Positions 61,654 to 64,000 of a stretch of 64,000 nucleotides of DNA are shown here, one piece after another. The position numbers and the translations under genes are program-made. Location of the stretch: the NCBI GenBank assembly GCA_045601525.1, contig JAZRZR010000005.1, positions 339 to 64,338 of the forward strand, written 5' to 3'. Within the stretch, counting starts at the first letter, position 1. The number at the start of each line of letters is the position of its first letter. A model generated the notes under the pieces. That model did not search any database, was not told the origin of the DNA, and was given only the letters and a program-made list of their open reading frames with translations. This DNA comes from Acutalibacteraceae bacterium. GTDB lineage: Bacteria; Bacillota; Clostridia; Oscillospirales; Acutalibacteraceae.

Positions 61654-62930
61654 TATTTCTTACCTCCCTTTGTAATTTGCTCTAAAATCTCATCATCGGT
61701 ATAGTAACGAGATGTAGTGTATGTGCGAAGCTTGTTTGAAGATGTTATAACAGGCATTTTTGCACATAGGGGGTTGTTCATATACATAAGCGGACAAATA
61801 TACGAGGTGATAACACCGGTCGCTTTAAGTCTTGCAGCATAGTCGGTTTTATTAAACTCGGCAAGCACTGCGGGAGCTGCGGTAAACACAGTGGGGATAA
61901 GCACCTTTTTGTTTCCTGCCTCTTTTAAGGCGGTTTCAACCTTGTCAGTCCAACTCTTGAGTTGTTCAAGGCTCATGTGAGGGCAACCCATAAAGCAAAG
62001 TTTTGGGGTAGCATCGGCATTTTTCCAAATTATAGGATAACTCTTGTAAACTCTCTCAAGTTCGGCATCATCAATAACATAAACTTGAGCATTTTCCGCA
62101 ACCAAACTATCGCCTGATTCTTTGGCCTCGGGAGTGAGGTTTTCGATGTGGTAAAGGCCTACTGCACCGTTAGATGCCGTAGCCGCGCCAAAATCTTTTA
62201 GATAGGTGCAAGCCGCATCGTTAAGTTCGTTTCCAAGCCATTTATCGAGTCCTCTAACAAAAGGAACCTCTTCCATAACCTTCATACCGATAGCCGAGCC
62301 TAAAAGCTGTGCCTCGGGTTTTTTGGTGGTTTTAATTTCAACTATCCAGGTAGCCTTTCTACCCTCATCGGTTAAAAGACCAAAATAGGGGACAAAGCCA
62401 ACGATAGAGCCCATTATATCTATAATACCTGAATTTCGGTTGCATCTTGCACCCAAAACCGAGTTTGCATAAACAACAGCCGAAGATTCAGCCCAAGAAA
62501 GAACCTCGTCCTTTTGTGGTTTGTTGCCAACCTCATCCATATAACAGGTGCAGGTGAAAGCATCGTTATTCATAAGGCCTAATTTTTCGAGTTGACCTTC
62601 ATAAAAATCTTGTGTTGAGTACATAAACTTATTAAAAATAAGTTTTTGCAAAAGGTTAGCAGGCACATTCTTGTCAATGGGTCTCGGGTCAACTGAAAAC
62701 TGTTGGGTAGAAGCAACGCCTGCATCAATAAGTTGTTGCATAAGGTCAAAAACGGGGGTCATCATCTTAAGACCAAAAGAGGTAACAAGATGGTTGTATT
62801 TACTTGAAACGGGTACCATTTTTTCCGCACCAAAGGCCTCGCCGTACTTAACCATAGTTTTCATAACCTTGGCAAGCACTTCGCCCTTTTCACCGTCAAG
62901 AATTTTTTGTTGTTCGGTAGTAAGTAACAT
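61653..62930 (-). CDS. aconitase X catalytic-domain subunit (DUF521)
   Basis: MLLTTEQQKILDGEKGEVLAKVMKTMVKYGEAFGAEKMV and WAESSAVVYANSVLGARCNRNSG are DUF521 hallmarks. Confidence 0.82.
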   Translation of the reverse strand: MLLTTEQQKILDGEKGEVLAKVMKTMVKYGEAFGAEKMVPVSSKYNHLVTSFGLKMMTPVFDLMQQLIDAGVASTQQFSVDPRPIDKNVPANLLQKLIFNKFMYSTQDFYEGQLEKLGLMNNDAFTCTCYMDEVGNKPQKDEVLSWAESSAVVYANSVLGARCNRNSGIIDIMGSIVGFVPYFGLLTDEGRKATWIVEIKTTKKPEAQLLGSAIGMKVMEEVPFVRGLDKWLGNELNDAACTYLKDFGAATASNGAVGLYHIENLTPEAKESGDSLVAENAQVYVIDDAELERVYKSYPIIWKNADATPKLCFMGCPHMSLEQLKSWTDKVETALKEAGNKKVLIPTVFTAAPAVLAEFNKTDYAARLKATGVITSYICPLMYMNNPLCAKMPVITSSNKLRTYTTSRYYTDDEILEQITKGGKK

Positions 62931-62945
62931 ATCGCTTATCCTTTC

Positions 62946-64000
62946 TTAAATTTTCATTGCTTTATCCCAAGCCTGCCATATAACAGTACGCAAGCTTCCA
63001 ACCTTATCGGCGTCGCCGATAACATGGATATGTGCGCCCTTCTTGGCAATGGGGGAGGGCTTGTAGCCGATAGATAGAATAACATTATCACAGGGTACAT
63101 CGAAGGAGTTTCCGTCCTTAGCCTTAAGTGTAACACCATCATTTCTAATTTCGGTAATGCCTGTTTCGAGATATACAGGCACCTTATTGGTTTCAAAGAA
63201 ATCACGCAAGAAACTTGTGTTTGCAAGGCAAATTTTATCCGATACGATAAGGTCGTTTTTCATCTCAACAATAACAGGTTTTTTGCCCTGTAAATATAAT
63301 TCGTAAGCAATTTCACAGCCTGTAAGACCGCCGCCTACAATAACTACATTTTCGCCAACCTGCTTTTCGCCCAAGAGGAAATCAATAGCTTCGATACCTA
63401 ACTCATTACCCTTAATTCCTAATCGGTTGGGTTTGGCGCCTGTCGCTATGATAACCTCGTCAGCACCAAGAGAAGCGATATCCTTTACTTCGGTATTAAG
63501 GTGAATTTCAATGGGGTATCTTGTGATTTCGCGGTTGTACCAAGCGATAAGTTCACGGTCTTTTTCTTTGTATGAAGGAGCAGCAGCGGCAATAAACACG
63601 CCGCCTAATTTATCAGACTTTTCATAAAGGCTTACCTTGTGTCCTCGTTTAGCTAAAACTATTGCAGCCTCCATACCGCCTATACCGCCACCGATAACGG
63701 CAACATTTTTTATTTTCTTAGCAGGTGTGATTTTGTATTTGTCCGATTGCATAACACGGGGGTCTAAGGCACAACGGGCAATATGGCTTGCATCGTAGAT
63801 TGACTGTGCATTTGCAACACCCTTGTAATGAGCCATATTAAAGCAAGCATTGTGGCAGCAAATACAAGGACGGATATCTTCAAGACGATTTTCAATTAAC
63901 TTTGTAACCCATTCTGAGTCGGCAAGGAATTGACGGGCAACACCCATAGCATCAATGCGGCCCTCGGCTATTGCATTAGCGGCAACATCGGGCTCCATAC
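62946..64000 (-). CDS. C-terminal part of an OYE-type flavoenzyme fused to an FAD/NAD(P)-binding domain (2,4-dienoyl-CoA / 2-enoate reductase-like); the N-terminus lies outside the window
   Basis: The end of the TIM barrel (GRIDAMGVARQFLADSEW), the Fe-S motif RPCICCHNAC and two dinucleotide folds (VAVIGGGIGGMEAA, VVIVGGGLTGCEIA) are present. The frame is open to the window edge. Confidence 0.8.
   Translation of the reverse strand, partial: MEPDVAANAIAEGRIDAMGVARQFLADSEWVTKLIENRLEDIRPCICCHNACFNMAHYKGVANAQSIYDASHIARCALDPRVMQSDKYKITPAKKIKNVAVIGGGIGGMEAAIVLAKRGHKVSLYEKSDKLGGVFIAAAAPSYKEKDRELIAWYNREITRYPIEIHLNTEVKDIASLGADEVIIATGAKPNRLGIKGNELGIEAIDFLLGEKQVGENVVIVGGGLTGCEIAYELYLQGKKPVIVEMKNDLIVSDKICLANTSFLRDFFETNKVPVYLETGITEIRNDGVTLKAKDGNSFDVPCDNVILSIGYKPSPIAKKGAHIHVIGDADKVGSLRTVIWQAWDKAMKI

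Noticed and set aside
1-64000. Search for prophage, IS elements, integrases, CRISPR-cas, restriction-modification or other recognisable defence islands, and for tRNA or rRNA genes.
   Set aside because: None of the translated ORFs shows transposase, integrase, Cas, methyltransferase, large ATPase-nuclease or phage structural motifs. All intergenic gaps are under 180 nt and are accounted for by promoters, terminators or riboswitches. The only toxin-type gene is the solitary mazF.

Overview
This is a dense chromosomal segment from a moderately AT-rich Gram-positive anaerobe. It is most consistent with class Clostridia: it has a SCIFF peptide and maturase pair, dockerin and cohesin modules, sigma-A-type TTGACA-17-TATAAT promoters, and Firmicute-style riboswitches and hairpin/U-tract terminators. 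Finer taxonomy is a guess. I call 64 protein-coding genes; two are cut by the window edges and one is a 48-codon ORF absent from the supplied track. I also call two riboswitches (preQ1-I and a singlet glycine aptamer), about 20 intrinsic terminators and about a dozen consensus-like promoters or operators. I found no rRNA, tRNA, CRISPR array, transposase, integrase or phage genes, so the window looks like core and accessory metabolism rather than a mobile island. The content includes nagA with a kinase, a secreted dockerin-bearing cell-wall hydrolase next to a cohesin-bearing membrane anchor, and a MazF/EndoA toxin with no antitoxin gene. It also includes a YtrA-type GntR/ABC operon, ArsR plus a CDF metal exporter, murD, two M42 peptidases, an orphan PqqD-like gene and a PadR/DUF1700/DUF4097 triad. 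Further along are a GT4 glycosyltransferase with three paralogous polytopic membrane proteins and a PfkB-kinase::AraC fusion, several sugar oxidoreductase/isomerase clusters, transporters (ZIP, NSS, AGCS, EutH-like, YhhQ, AzlCD), ligA, ruvX and nth. The window ends with a giant MacB-type ABC fusion and a split aconitase-X dehydratase next to an enoate-reductase-like flavoenzyme. The most interesting items are the autolysin / anchor / antitoxin-less MazF unit (2377-6503), the hidden SCIFF RiPP locus (39423-41058), the kinase-regulator fusion inside the membrane-protein cluster (23080-28212) and the AcnX/reductase cluster at the right edge. All functional calls come from reading motifs in the translations, since no database search could be run.
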